A stretch of DNA of 64,000 nucleotides from Clostridiaceae bacterium (GTDB taxonomy: Bacteria; Bacillota; Clostridia; Acetivibrionales; DUMC01), in assembly GCA_012840075.1 (NCBI GenBank), contig DUMC01000178.1, forward strand, positions 9,645 to 73,644, written 5' to 3'. Each line of letters starts with the position of its first letter. Position 1 is the stretch's first letter. Both the position numbers and the translations under genes were made by a program. This document shows, piece by piece, positions 1 to 8,714 of the stretch. The notes under the pieces are model-generated. The model had not been told where the DNA came from, searched no databases, and saw only the letters and a list, made by a program, of their open reading frames with translations.

Positions 1-68
1 TGAACGGGTGAAGAACAAAGGAAAATAATTACAAACAAAAGAATTAATTGCAACCGGGAGGAAAATAT

Positions 69-1307
69 ATGGATATCCGGAGTAAATATTTTGAAATATA
101 TCCAAAAGTAGTAAGGTCAGGACAAAAAAGTATAATAACAGTGAAGCCTCTTTTTGATCATTGCAAGCTTAAGAGTAGTGCCCAATATTTTATAAGTGCA
201 TGCCCTCTTGAGATGGGAGGAATGAAATATACCTCAAGGGAAAGAATAGAGATACAACCTATAGACGGTGCCCTGAAGATTGAATTATTTTTTGACGGAG
301 AACAAGAGCATTATTTGCATATTTATGAAGTTGTAGGGGGAGAAGAAAGAGAGTACTTATCATTCAATGTTTATTCTCTCAAGGAAGACTTGTTTGATAG
401 AAAACCATATAAAGGAGACATGCATATACATTCCTATTATTCCGACGGTGCTGAATCTCCGGCGTATGTGGCCGCATACTGTAGAAAAATAGGTCTTGAT
501 TTCATAGCTATAACTGACCATGGCAAATATGAACCTTCATTGGAAGCTATTGATGCTTTTAAAACATTTGAAACGGATTTTAAAATATTCCCTGGTGAAG
601 AGGTACACCCTCCTGAAAATGAAGTACATATGATTAATTTTGGCGGTAAATTCAGCGTGAATGAGCTTTTCAAAGACAGGGAAAAATATATGAGAGAAGT
701 TGAAAAAATAATTAGGAACCTGGAAAGTAGGGGAGAAAGCTCTTTTCTTAACTTGTCGGAAAAGGATAGATACAAGTATGCATCCTGCCTATGGTGTTTT
801 AATAAAATAAGAGAGGCAGGCGGCATGGGCATATATTGTCATCCGTTTTGGATTTACAGTTCAAGATATAATGTGCCGTCTTCATTAAATGAATATATAT
901 TTCAGGAAAAACCCTTTGATGCATATGAAGCAATAGGAGGATACTATATACATCAAGTTGATTCCAATACTTTACAAGTAGCATATTATCATGAGCAAAG
1001 AGAAAAAGGCAATAGAGTTGCAATAGTAGGTGTTTCAGATGCGCACGGGTGTGAAAAAGGCAAACTTATTGGCTGGTATTATACAATAGTATTTTCACCT
1101 AAATTAGAACTTCTTGATATAATAGACAGTATAAAAAGTTTTTACAGTGTTGCCGTAGAAGCTTTGCCAGGGGAGGCAGTCAGAGCCTATGGACCCTTCA
1201 GGTTAGTAAAATATGCTTTATTCCTTATAAGAGAAGTATTTCCGGAACATGATGCAAGATGCTATGAAGAAGGCAAGAAAATGATGGAACATATTAGTAG
1301 TAAATAA
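69..1307 (+). CDS. PHP (polymerase/histidinol-phosphatase) domain metal-dependent phosphoesterase with an N-terminal beta-rich domain of about 110 aa
   Basis: ORF 48..1307. PHP-type motifs GDMHIHSYYSDGAESP, AITDHG and GVSDAHG. GGGAGG at 56-61 lies 7 nt upstream of the ATG at 69, so the start was moved from the TTG at 48. Confidence 0.7.
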   Translation: MDIRSKYFEIYPKVVRSGQKSIITVKPLFDHCKLKSSAQYFISACPLEMGGMKYTSRERIEIQPIDGALKIELFFDGEQEHYLHIYEVVGGEEREYLSFNVYSLKEDLFDRKPYKGDMHIHSYYSDGAESPAYVAAYCRKIGLDFIAITDHGKYEPSLEAIDAFKTFETDFKIFPGEEVHPPENEVHMINFGGKFSVNELFKDREKYMREVEKIIRNLESRGESSFLNLSEKDRYKYASCLWCFNKIREAGGMGIYCHPFWIYSSRYNVPSSLNEYIFQEKPFDAYEAIGGYYIHQVDSNTLQVAYYHEQREKGNRVAIVGVSDAHGCEKGKLIGWYYTIVFSPKLELLDIIDSIKSFYSVAVEALPGEAVRAYGPFRLVKYALFLIREVFPEHDARCYEEGKKMMEHISSK

Positions 1308-1341
1308 AACTGTTTTTATTACGAAATGAAAATTTTATTAA

Positions 1342-1425
1342 AGTGAAAAGTATTATTTAATTTTATTATGTAGTGAAAAGTATTATTTAAAGAGAGAATA
1401 ATAAATTGAGAAATAATAAATTGAG
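1342..1425. repeat. Short AT-rich direct repeats in a convergent intergenic region
   Basis: The 19-nt agtgaaaagtattatttaa occurs at 1342-1360 and 1372-1390. The 14-nt aataataaattgag occurs at 1397-1410 and 1412-1425. Confidence 0.6.
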
Positions 1426-1467
1426 AATAATATAGAATAATATTCTGAGAATAGAATTCATTTAAGT

Positions 1468-1502
1468 GAGAAATGGGAAAGATTTCTGATTTCCCATTTC
1501 TC
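1468..1502. terminator. Stem-loop between convergent genes, a likely bidirectional terminator
   Basis: The 13-nt arms gagaaatgggaaa (1468-1480) and tttcccatttctc (1490-1502) are perfectly complementary. The flanks are T-rich (A-rich on the other strand). Confidence 0.55.
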
Positions 1503-1638
1503 ATTTCTCATTTCTTTGGCTGGTTGTTATGCTTTAATTTCAAAGCTTACAGTAATTCAGTATTTTTGCAATATATTTTTTTATTATAAATATATTTTTT
1601 AATAGCATTTCTTATTATTCTATCTTTTCTCAAATTAT

Positions 1639-2277
1639 CTAGTAGGATTTTATAAACATTTGGGTCCAATAAAATCTTCCATATCTGTCTTTAGCCAAAC
1701 CTACACCGATTTGATTATAAGCTGTACTTAATATATTGCTCCTATGCCCTGGGGAGCTCATCCAAGCATTCACTACCTGTTGGGCGGTTTGTTGCCCCAT
1801 AGCAATATTTTCACCGGCAGCAGTAAAACGCAATCCGAAGCTTTCCATCATTCTAAACGGAGAACCATAAGTTGGTGAATTATGACCGAAATAATTCTTG
1901 TTCACCATGTCTTGAGATTTATACCTTGCCACCCTTGAAAGCTCCCAGTTGGCTTGAAGTGCCGGAAGCCCGTATTTTGCCCTTTGTTGGTTAGTAAGTC
2001 TTATAACTTCATTTTCCAGAGCTTTTATATCATCAATATTGGGAACGGTAATTTTTTGCCCCGGGTAAATAAGGTCAGGATTTTTTATTTGAGGATTTGC
2101 AGCAATTATTTCACTGAGACCTATTTGGTATTTTACCGCAATCTTCCACATTGTGTCTCCGGGTTGGACTGTATGTGTGAAAGATTGTGCATCAACGGTA
2201 TAAATATTTGCAAATAAAAATATTAATACTAATGTAAAAATGACAATGATTTTTTTTAATGGTATAGCTTTTTTCAT
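1639..2277 (-). CDS. Secreted LysM domain plus CAP/SCP (YkwD-like) domain protein
   Basis: N-terminal signal-like hydrophobic segment. LysM-like HTVQPGDTMWKIAVKYQIGLSEIIAANP...IYPGQKITVP. C-terminal CAP/SCP-like GHNSPTYGSP...GENIA...AWMSSPGHRSNIL. GGGGTGA SD 4 nt before the ATG. Confidence 0.8.
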   Translation of the reverse strand: MKKAIPLKKIIVIFTLVLIFLFANIYTVDAQSFTHTVQPGDTMWKIAVKYQIGLSEIIAANPQIKNPDLIYPGQKITVPNIDDIKALENEVIRLTNQQRAKYGLPALQANWELSRVARYKSQDMVNKNYFGHNSPTYGSPFRMMESFGLRFTAAGENIAMGQQTAQQVVNAWMSSPGHRSNILSTAYNQIGVGLAKDRYGRFYWTQMFIKSY

Positions 2278-2284
2278 TAAATCA

Positions 2285-2356
2285 CCCCGGAATATAGTGT
2301 TTTAAATTCGATGAATTTTTATGTTAAGTATTTTATGGTTTTGAATTATTCCGGGG
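2285..2356 (-). promoter_or_regulatory. 9-bp inverted repeat whose 3-prime arm (on the minus-strand mRNA) overlaps the SD of the LysM/CAP gene
   Basis: ccccggaat (2285-2293) and attccgggg (2348-2356) are perfect reverse complements. The arm at 2285-2293 overlaps the GGGGTGA ribosome-binding site of the 1639..2277 gene. Confidence 0.3.
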
Positions 2357-2456
2357 GTAAAAATGCTTTATGTGAAATAATTTTTATGAAACGGTATAAA
2401 CAATTGAGTAATACATAAAATTGTTATGTAAATTACATACATTTAATTTACATAAA

Positions 2457-4226
2457 TTAAATGTATAATAATTCTTCATCAGATAAATGCTTCTGCAATG
2501 TATCCTGAGCTTTACATAATTCACTATATAATCCGTTTAATTCAAGAAGTTCTTCATGTGTTCCTCTTTCTATGATATATCCGTCTTTCATAACAATAAT
2601 CTGGTCAGCATCTTGAATTGTTGAAAGACGATGGGCAATTACTATCGTTGTTTTGTTTTCTTTTAACTTATTCAAAGCATCTTGAATCTGTTTTTCTGTT
2701 TGTGTATCTACTGAAGAGGTAGCTTCATCAAGAATTAAAATGGGAGCATTTTTAAGAATAGCCCGGGCAATTGAAATCCTTTGCTTTTGACCCCCTGAAA
2801 GCTTGACACCTCTTTCACCGACTTTTGTGTTATAGCCATCAGGAAGTTCGAGAATGAAATCGTGCGCATTAGCAGCTTTTGCAGCAGCTATAACTTCTTC
2901 ATCCGTTGCGTCCAGTCTACCGTAGAGGATGTTTTCTTTTACCGTGCCATTGAATAGGAAAACATCCTGTGAAACAAGGCTTATATTTCTTCTTAGGCTT
3001 GACAACGATACTTTTTTAATATCAATATCATCTATTAAAATGTTTCCTGAAATCGGGTCAAAAAACCTTAGGATTAAACTTGTAATGGTAGTTTTACCTA
3101 CACCCGTCGGACCTACAATAGCTAATGTTTCCCCAGGGTTTACTTTGAAAGATATATCTTTTAGAACCGGTATATTGTCAACATAATGAAAATCTATATT
3201 ACGGAACTCAATTTTTCCTTTTACTTCTTTAAGTTCTATAGGATTAGGATCTTCTTTAACCTCAGGTTCTTCCGCTAATACCTCAAGAACCCGTTCGGCA
3301 CTGGCTAAAGCTTGCTGTAATCCCTCATATATGTTACCAAGAGACATAATAGGTTGATAAAAAGAACTTAGGTACAGTAAGAATGCAACCAAATCCTCCA
3401 GAGGAAGTATACCGGTTAAAGCTAATCTTCCTCCAAAAAAGATGACAATTACCGTACCAATGCTTGAAACAAAACCAATGCCAGGATGAACCGCGTTGCT
3501 TAATCTAACGGCCTTAAGTATTGCAGTTGTATGTTCTGATATGCTTTTGCCTGTTCTTTTGCTTTCATAATCTTCATGGGTAAAAGCTTTAATTTCCTTT
3601 ATACCGGAAAAATTATCCTGTAATATGGAATTGACTTCTCCAATTTTTACCTGAGCCTCTTTAAACCTTACTCGTGAAATTTTATTGAATTTAAGAACTA
3701 TCCAAATAAGTATAGGTATTGGGATTAAAGTGTATAATGTCAAACTGACATTAATCGAAAAAAGAATAGCAGAAACACCGATTATCATAATTCCGTTAAC
3801 TACAATGGTAGGAATTGCGTGAGCCAGCAAATGCTCAAAGTTTCTCGTATCATTGATGACTCTTGACATCAGGTCACCTGTTTGTTTGTCTTGAAAATAA
3901 CGCAATGACAAATTCTGAATATGATCATATAGGTGTTGACGAATGTTTTCTAGTATCTTCCAAGCAGCATAATGTGATACATAATTGGAACCAAATTGGG
4001 AAATAGCTCTAACTAAGTATACTATTATTGTTATTAAAGCAAGAAGACTTACTTTTTTAAAGCTTTCTTCAGTAAGTATCTCTTCGGTTACTGTGGAGAT
4101 AAGATTACGGATCATCAAAGGTGCCACTAAATTCATTGCTGTTACTGCTATCATGCTTATCGTAGCTAACACCAAAAACCATGCATAAGGTTTTGCAAAT
4201 CGCATTAATACCTTTAACTCTTTCAT
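2457..4226 (-). CDS. ABC transporter, fused permease/ATP-binding (MsbA/LmrA-type exporter half-transporter)
   Basis: 589 aa. N-terminal six-TM-type region, Walker A GPTGVGKTT, signature LSGGQKQRISIARA, Walker B ILILDEATS. AAAGGAG SD. Confidence 0.9.
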   Translation of the reverse strand: MKELKVLMRFAKPYAWFLVLATISMIAVTAMNLVAPLMIRNLISTVTEEILTEESFKKVSLLALITIIVYLVRAISQFGSNYVSHYAAWKILENIRQHLYDHIQNLSLRYFQDKQTGDLMSRVINDTRNFEHLLAHAIPTIVVNGIMIIGVSAILFSINVSLTLYTLIPIPILIWIVLKFNKISRVRFKEAQVKIGEVNSILQDNFSGIKEIKAFTHEDYESKRTGKSISEHTTAILKAVRLSNAVHPGIGFVSSIGTVIVIFFGGRLALTGILPLEDLVAFLLYLSSFYQPIMSLGNIYEGLQQALASAERVLEVLAEEPEVKEDPNPIELKEVKGKIEFRNIDFHYVDNIPVLKDISFKVNPGETLAIVGPTGVGKTTITSLILRFFDPISGNILIDDIDIKKVSLSSLRRNISLVSQDVFLFNGTVKENILYGRLDATDEEVIAAAKAANAHDFILELPDGYNTKVGERGVKLSGGQKQRISIARAILKNAPILILDEATSSVDTQTEKQIQDALNKLKENKTTIVIAHRLSTIQDADQIIVMKDGYIIERGTHEELLELNGLYSELCKAQDTLQKHLSDEELLYI

Positions 4227-4306
4227 CTTCGGACTCCTTTATAAATATTTTTATTAGTTTTTCTTTAATTTTTTAGATTTAATTGTAATTTGCTTTATCT
4301 GTTTTT

Positions 4307-4741
4307 CTATTTTGCTTTAGTTGTATCTTCATTCATTAATTTTTTAAGAAGCGTTTTCAAGTTTTCAAGTTCTTCATCAGTTAAGACGCTAAGCCGTTCC
4401 CTGATATTATTATGATGCACTGGAATAAGCTTGGATTTAAGGGCAGAGCCTTCCTCAGTAAGCTTGATCAGCCACACCCGTCTGTCTTCTGCTGAATGCT
4501 CCCTGTAAACCCACTTATTTTCTACCATCCTATCGATCAAACCGGTAATATTGCTGGCATTGCAATGAAGCTCTTTCGCAAGCTCATTTACAGGAATTCC
4601 GTTTTCCGGGATATGATATAGAGCGTGAAATTGAGGCCATGAGATTCCACTGTCCGCTAATTTATTGTGTAAGTATGTTTTAAAGACTTTAACGGACTTT
4701 CTTAAAGTCCAATAAACATCCAAATAAAAAGAATCATTCAT
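4307..4741 (-). CDS. MarR family transcriptional regulator, likely in an operon with the downstream ABC exporter
   Basis: Winged-HTH MarR-like region (SWPQFHALYHIPENGIPVNELAKELHCNASNITGLIDRMVENKWVYREHSAEDRRV). AAGGAGG SD precedes the internal ATG at 4741, so the start was moved from 4768. Confidence 0.8.
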   Translation of the reverse strand: MNDSFYLDVYWTLRKSVKVFKTYLHNKLADSGISWPQFHALYHIPENGIPVNELAKELHCNASNITGLIDRMVENKWVYREHSAEDRRVWLIKLTEEGSALKSKLIPVHHNNIRERLSVLTDEELENLKTLLKKLMNEDTTKAK

Positions 4742-5189
4742 TAATCGTTTCCTCCTTATACATATCATTAATACACTTACCAGTTTAAAAATATAAAAAT
4801 AAAATTAAAAATGATTGATTTATTAATATAAATATAATAAATGTTATTGTTTTGCAATTAATATTGTTGTTTATTTATATGCGTTTGTTAATTCTAATTT
4901 TTAATTTAATGTCACCAACGTGCTACTATTATGTTGTTAATATTAGTGTTTATTTTAGCTATACTTGTATTAGACGTACATTTCTTGGGCTATGCTTTGC
5001 GAAGTTATACAAAAAACCGAGCTATGTTTAGCTGAGTATATAGTTTATCGAGCCAAAAACTTGATTTAATTCCTACTTTGGTTTACTAATACATTTCTTT
5101 GAAACTTGATTTTATAAAACTTAATTCTTAATTTTAAAACTTAATCCTAATATATTGCCTAATAAATTATATGTCTATAATAATTTTAC

Positions 5190-5236
5190 ATGTATATAAT
5201 TTATATGTAAATAGTTCACATATAAATTATATACAT
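5190..5236. repeat. Perfect 19-bp AT-rich inverted repeat with a 9-nt spacer
   Basis: atgtatataatttatatgt (5190-5208) and acatataaattatatacat (5218-5236) are exact reverse complements. Confidence 0.7.
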
Positions 5237-5337
5237 CATAAGTAAGTTGTCAACTGATATTTTGTGCATTTGATAAATATAAAGAAATATTTTCCGCAGA
5301 CTAACGTTATTGCCTTTAGGAATATCCACATCTTTTT

Positions 5338-6459
5338 TTATAACGCGAACAATTTATCCTTTTGTATATATTTTAATAAAATCGCAAAGTGCTTTTCCTT
5401 AACTTCTTCCTGAAGAGCCGTCGGATAGGATACAATACCGTCAATTAAGCAATAATCATCAATAAAAAGTTTTGAATTGCTTTTTTGTTTCTTTATTCTT
5501 TTGTAGAAATCAACCGGCATGCGGAAAAAGCCATATCCAACATCTAAAATTTTTCCGGGTTCAATTTCAGAAAAAATATAATCATAGAATTTTTCATATA
5601 AGCTTTCATATTCGGTATCGATAAATATGGGATCAAAGCAAAGCCTTACTTTAAAACCTTTATCTATAGCTTTTTTAACGGCTTTAATTCTTGCTTTTAA
5701 TGAAGGAGTATATTTTTCATACTTTTTTATTACCTCTTCAGGTGCCAATGTAAAAGCGACAATGAAGTTTTCCAGCGCAGCATGTTCTTCATAGAAAATT
5801 TGACCGGCGCTTTTTGTACGTACTTCAACATAAAGATTCGGCAAGGTTGAAAAAAAGTCATAAAAGTAATCAAGATAGGGAATAATGCCATGAAATGCAA
5901 TTAAATCCGTATCATAGGATGCAGCTAGATATACAGGTTCTCTTTCATTACTAACAATTTTAGTAATAGCATCCTTAAAGTCCTCGATATTAACAAAAGC
6001 CACCAAGTTAGCAGAAGGATACATCCCTTGAAGAAAGCAGTATTCACAATCAAAGATGCAGTTAAGAAGGAATGAAGTGTAATAAAAATTTGAAAATCCG
6101 AAATTCTGGCATACATCAGGACCTTTATACAGCAGGGGATCACTTTTTATTGCCAGAATCAGGGCGGGATATTGTTTCTGCATGCCGTAATGCTGATTTG
6201 TCCGGTTAAATACATCCTTGTAATGATGTATTGGAATTATATTTGAGTGTATATACTTTTGAAGTACGGCTTTAGTTATGGGGTAATCAAATGCTGCTTC
6301 TTCTACATAAATATTCCTGAAAATCTCTCTTTCAGATTTTGCATCAACTTTAACATCTTTTACATCCCGAAAATGTTCCTGAATATCCATAAAACCTGCG
6401 AACTCCTTGTTATTTTCTTTTTTATCAGTCTTTCGCATTAAGTTTTGCTGTAATTTCAT
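5338..6459 (-). CDS. Radical SAM protein of the spore-photoproduct-lyase-like (SPL/COG1533) type
   Basis: 373-aa ORF with the CxxxCxxC motif CIFDCEYC. Overall resemblance to SplB-like proteins. The 5-prime end overlaps the upstream gene by 35 nt. An alternative ATG at 6390 has an AAGGAG 12 nt upstream, so the start is uncertain. Confidence 0.65.
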   Translation of the reverse strand: MKLQQNLMRKTDKKENNKEFAGFMDIQEHFRDVKDVKVDAKSEREIFRNIYVEEAAFDYPITKAVLQKYIHSNIIPIHHYKDVFNRTNQHYGMQKQYPALILAIKSDPLLYKGPDVCQNFGFSNFYYTSFLLNCIFDCEYCFLQGMYPSANLVAFVNIEDFKDAITKIVSNEREPVYLAASYDTDLIAFHGIIPYLDYFYDFFSTLPNLYVEVRTKSAGQIFYEEHAALENFIVAFTLAPEEVIKKYEKYTPSLKARIKAVKKAIDKGFKVRLCFDPIFIDTEYESLYEKFYDYIFSEIEPGKILDVGYGFFRMPVDFYKRIKKQKSNSKLFIDDYCLIDGIVSYPTALQEEVKEKHFAILLKYIQKDKLFAL

Positions 6460-7324
6460 TTAAAAATTTCTTCCCTTCCGTTTTTGAATTTACTTTCACC
6501 TTTGAATAAGCTTCCAGGATTTTTATAGGTTCTGTTCCCTCAAGTTTAGCCTTTTTTACTTCATTTAGAAGTATTTGTTTCATTGCATGCGTAAATTTCA
6601 AATTTTCAGATATAGCCTCAAGAATTATTTTTTCTTCCTCCTTAAATATTTTATCAGTAAAGTTTTTACTGAAATAATAATTTAATTGCTTCACTTCTTT
6701 AATTATTTGCTCTATTTTAGGCATTTGTTTCGCAAGATAACCTTTTAAAGTCTCTTTATTAAGATTTTTAGGATTTAAATAATCGGAAATTATTTTCAAT
6801 ATCACAACTTGATGAGCATAAGTGAATTTTTTAGCGACTTCCATGATCCCTGAAGATTCCATATCGCAAAAAACGCTTTTTCTATTAATATTTTCAAAAT
6901 CTTCTTTACTTATCGGCTTTGAAAAACAGCAAAGGGTTTCAGCAGGAAGGTCTTTGCCTACAAAAACATCCGGGTATGAATCTATTCCTGTATCCATATC
7001 TATAACTTTGTTTATAAGAATAAGGCTTCCGATTTCATACTGTGTCTCACTGGCACCGCAAAAACCTATATTAACTAATGTATGATCTTTTATGCAAGAA
7101 TCATCATTTACATTTTCGATATCTTTATTATATTTTGTATTACAAATTGACAGAAGGTACGTAGCAGCAATGGCGCTTCGTACTTTTCCAACACCGCTTA
7201 CAATTAGAGCAATATCAGCATTCCTGTAAACAGGAAATTCATGTATTGACATATCTCGCCTCAGTCTAAAATGCTCAATTAGGGGAGCAGCTTCTATCAT
7301 AAGCGCTGTAATAATTAATATCAT
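6425..7324 (-). CDS. PNP_UDP-fold nucleosidase-like protein (Pfs/MTA-SAH nucleosidase or MqnB-like) with a Lys/Glu-rich C-terminal extension of about 100 aa
   Basis: N-terminus ILIITALMIEAAPL, GVGKVRSAIA, IGFCGA and FCDMESSG resemble phosphorylase family 1 nucleosidases. I do not recognise the helical C-terminal tail. GGAGGT SD. Confidence 0.6.
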   Translation of the reverse strand: MILIITALMIEAAPLIEHFRLRRDMSIHEFPVYRNADIALIVSGVGKVRSAIAATYLLSICNTKYNKDIENVNDDSCIKDHTLVNIGFCGASETQYEIGSLILINKVIDMDTGIDSYPDVFVGKDLPAETLCCFSKPISKEDFENINRKSVFCDMESSGIMEVAKKFTYAHQVVILKIISDYLNPKNLNKETLKGYLAKQMPKIEQIIKEVKQLNYYFSKNFTDKIFKEEEKIILEAISENLKFTHAMKQILLNEVKKAKLEGTEPIKILEAYSKVKVNSKTEGKKFLNEITAKLNAKD

Positions 7325-7599
7325 TTATGTTATGTGACCTCCATAATGTTTAAATATTTTTATTTTTACTTTAATTAAAACTAATTCGCATCTTAAATTT
7401 AATTTAAAATTTACGAGTAAATTGTATCAGAACATACGATGAATGTAAATCTTATGAACTTAAGCTATGCATATTGTATTCAATTTATACAAGTTGATAA
7501 TACAAATGAAGAATCTACAAGATTTATCGCGATAAAATCGTAAACAAATGATTTTTTGTGTTTTTTTGGCTGTTTTAAGGTTTGTTTTTTATTTTCTTT

Positions 7600-7617
7600 A
7601 TGTTAAAATGTTAACAA
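7600..7617 (+). promoter_or_regulatory. Rex (redox-sensing repressor) operator candidate 1 upstream of ldh
   Basis: ATGTTAAAATGTTAACAA matches the clostridial Rex consensus TTGTTAAnnnnTTAACAA at 13 of the 14 specified positions. Confidence 0.6.
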
Positions 7618-7627
7618 TTTTATAGGT

Positions 7628-7645
7628 ATGTTAAATTTTTAACAT
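7628..7645 (+). promoter_or_regulatory. Rex operator candidate 2 upstream of ldh
   Basis: ATGTTAAATTTTTAACAT matches TTGTTAAnnnnTTAACAA at 12 of the 14 specified positions. It starts 10 nt after the end of candidate 1 and lies about 120 nt upstream of the ldh start. Confidence 0.5.
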
Positions 7646-7763
7646 ATGATGCATAAAAATTGGCCATGTAGTATATTTTGGCAATAATAACATGATATAT
7701 ATTCATACATAGATATATAAAGATAAAATTTAAACAAACTAAAATATAGGAGGTTGAATAAAA

Positions 7764-8714
7764 TTGATTAAAGAAAAATCGAAAGTTGCTATAATCGGAG
7801 CGGGGAACGTAGGTTCATCCATAGCTTTTGCAATAGCTTTGAATCAGCAGGTAAACGAACTTGTTCTTATAGACATTAATAGGGATAAAGCAAAAGGAGA
7901 GGCACTTGATATTAATCACGGGCTTTCTTTTGTAGGACAAATGTCTTTATACCAAGGAGACTATAAAGATTGCAAGGATTGTGATGTAATTATAATCGCA
8001 TCCGGTATCAGCAGAAAACCGGGAGAAACACGCTTGGACTTAGCAAAGAAAAACACGGTAATGGCCAAGGATGTAATTAAAAATGTAATGAAATACTATA
8101 CCACCGGAGTTATTCTAGCAGTATCCAACCCGGTAGATATTTTAACATATATAATCCAGGTATATTCAGGGCTACCTTACGGGAGAGTAATAGGAAGCGG
8201 AACTGTATTAGACAGTTCAAGATTCAGATACTTGCTCAGCCGTAAGCTAGATGTGGATATCAGAAATGTTCATGGTTATATAATAGGTGAGCACGGAGAT
8301 TCCCAACTGCCCGTATGGAGTGCTACACATATTGCAGGACAGAGAATTGATGAGTTTTGTTCAAATTTGGGAATCCAATTCACATACGAAGATAAGGCAA
8401 AAATAGCTGAAGAAGTTAAAAATGCCGGAGCTGAAATAATTAAATACAAAGGTTCAACACACTATGCAATTGCAATCGCTGTTAGTAATATTGTGGCTAC
8501 TCTTCTTAAAGACCAAAACACGATAAGAACCGTAAGCAGCGTCATTAATGGGTTATATGGCATAAATGATGTTGCAATAAGCCTCCCTTCAATTATTAAT
8601 TCAAGAGGAATTGAAAGAGTTTTAGAATTTAAGCTTACAAAAGAGGAAGAAACAGCCTTAAGATCCTCAGCAGAAAAAGTAAAGGCCGTCTTAAATGAGG
8701 TAAAAGAGTTATGA
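7764..8714 (+). CDS. ldh: L-lactate dehydrogenase
   Basis: 316 aa. NAD-binding IIGAGNVGSS, catalytic-region GEHGDSQLPVWS, typical LDH length. AGGAGG SD and a TTG start. Confidence 0.95.
   Translation: MIKEKSKVAIIGAGNVGSSIAFAIALNQQVNELVLIDINRDKAKGEALDINHGLSFVGQMSLYQGDYKDCKDCDVIIIASGISRKPGETRLDLAKKNTVMAKDVIKNVMKYYTTGVILAVSNPVDILTYIIQVYSGLPYGRVIGSGTVLDSSRFRYLLSRKLDVDIRNVHGYIIGEHGDSQLPVWSATHIAGQRIDEFCSNLGIQFTYEDKAKIAEEVKNAGAEIIKYKGSTHYAIAIAVSNIVATLLKDQNTIRTVSSVINGLYGINDVAISLPSIINSRGIERVLEFKLTKEEETALRSSAEKVKAVLNEVKEL

Noticed and set aside
1319-1504. A 61-aa minus-strand ORF in the PHP / LysM spacer.
   Set aside because: It consists of translated short repeats and the terminator stem, and it has no SD.
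4931-5035. A 34-codon hydrophobic ORF (MLLILVFILAILVLDVHFLGYALRSYTKNRAMFS) resembling a type I toxin peptide.
   Set aside because: There is no SD, and I could identify no antisense-RNA features. An open frame of this length is expected by chance at a few percent per frame in such DNA.
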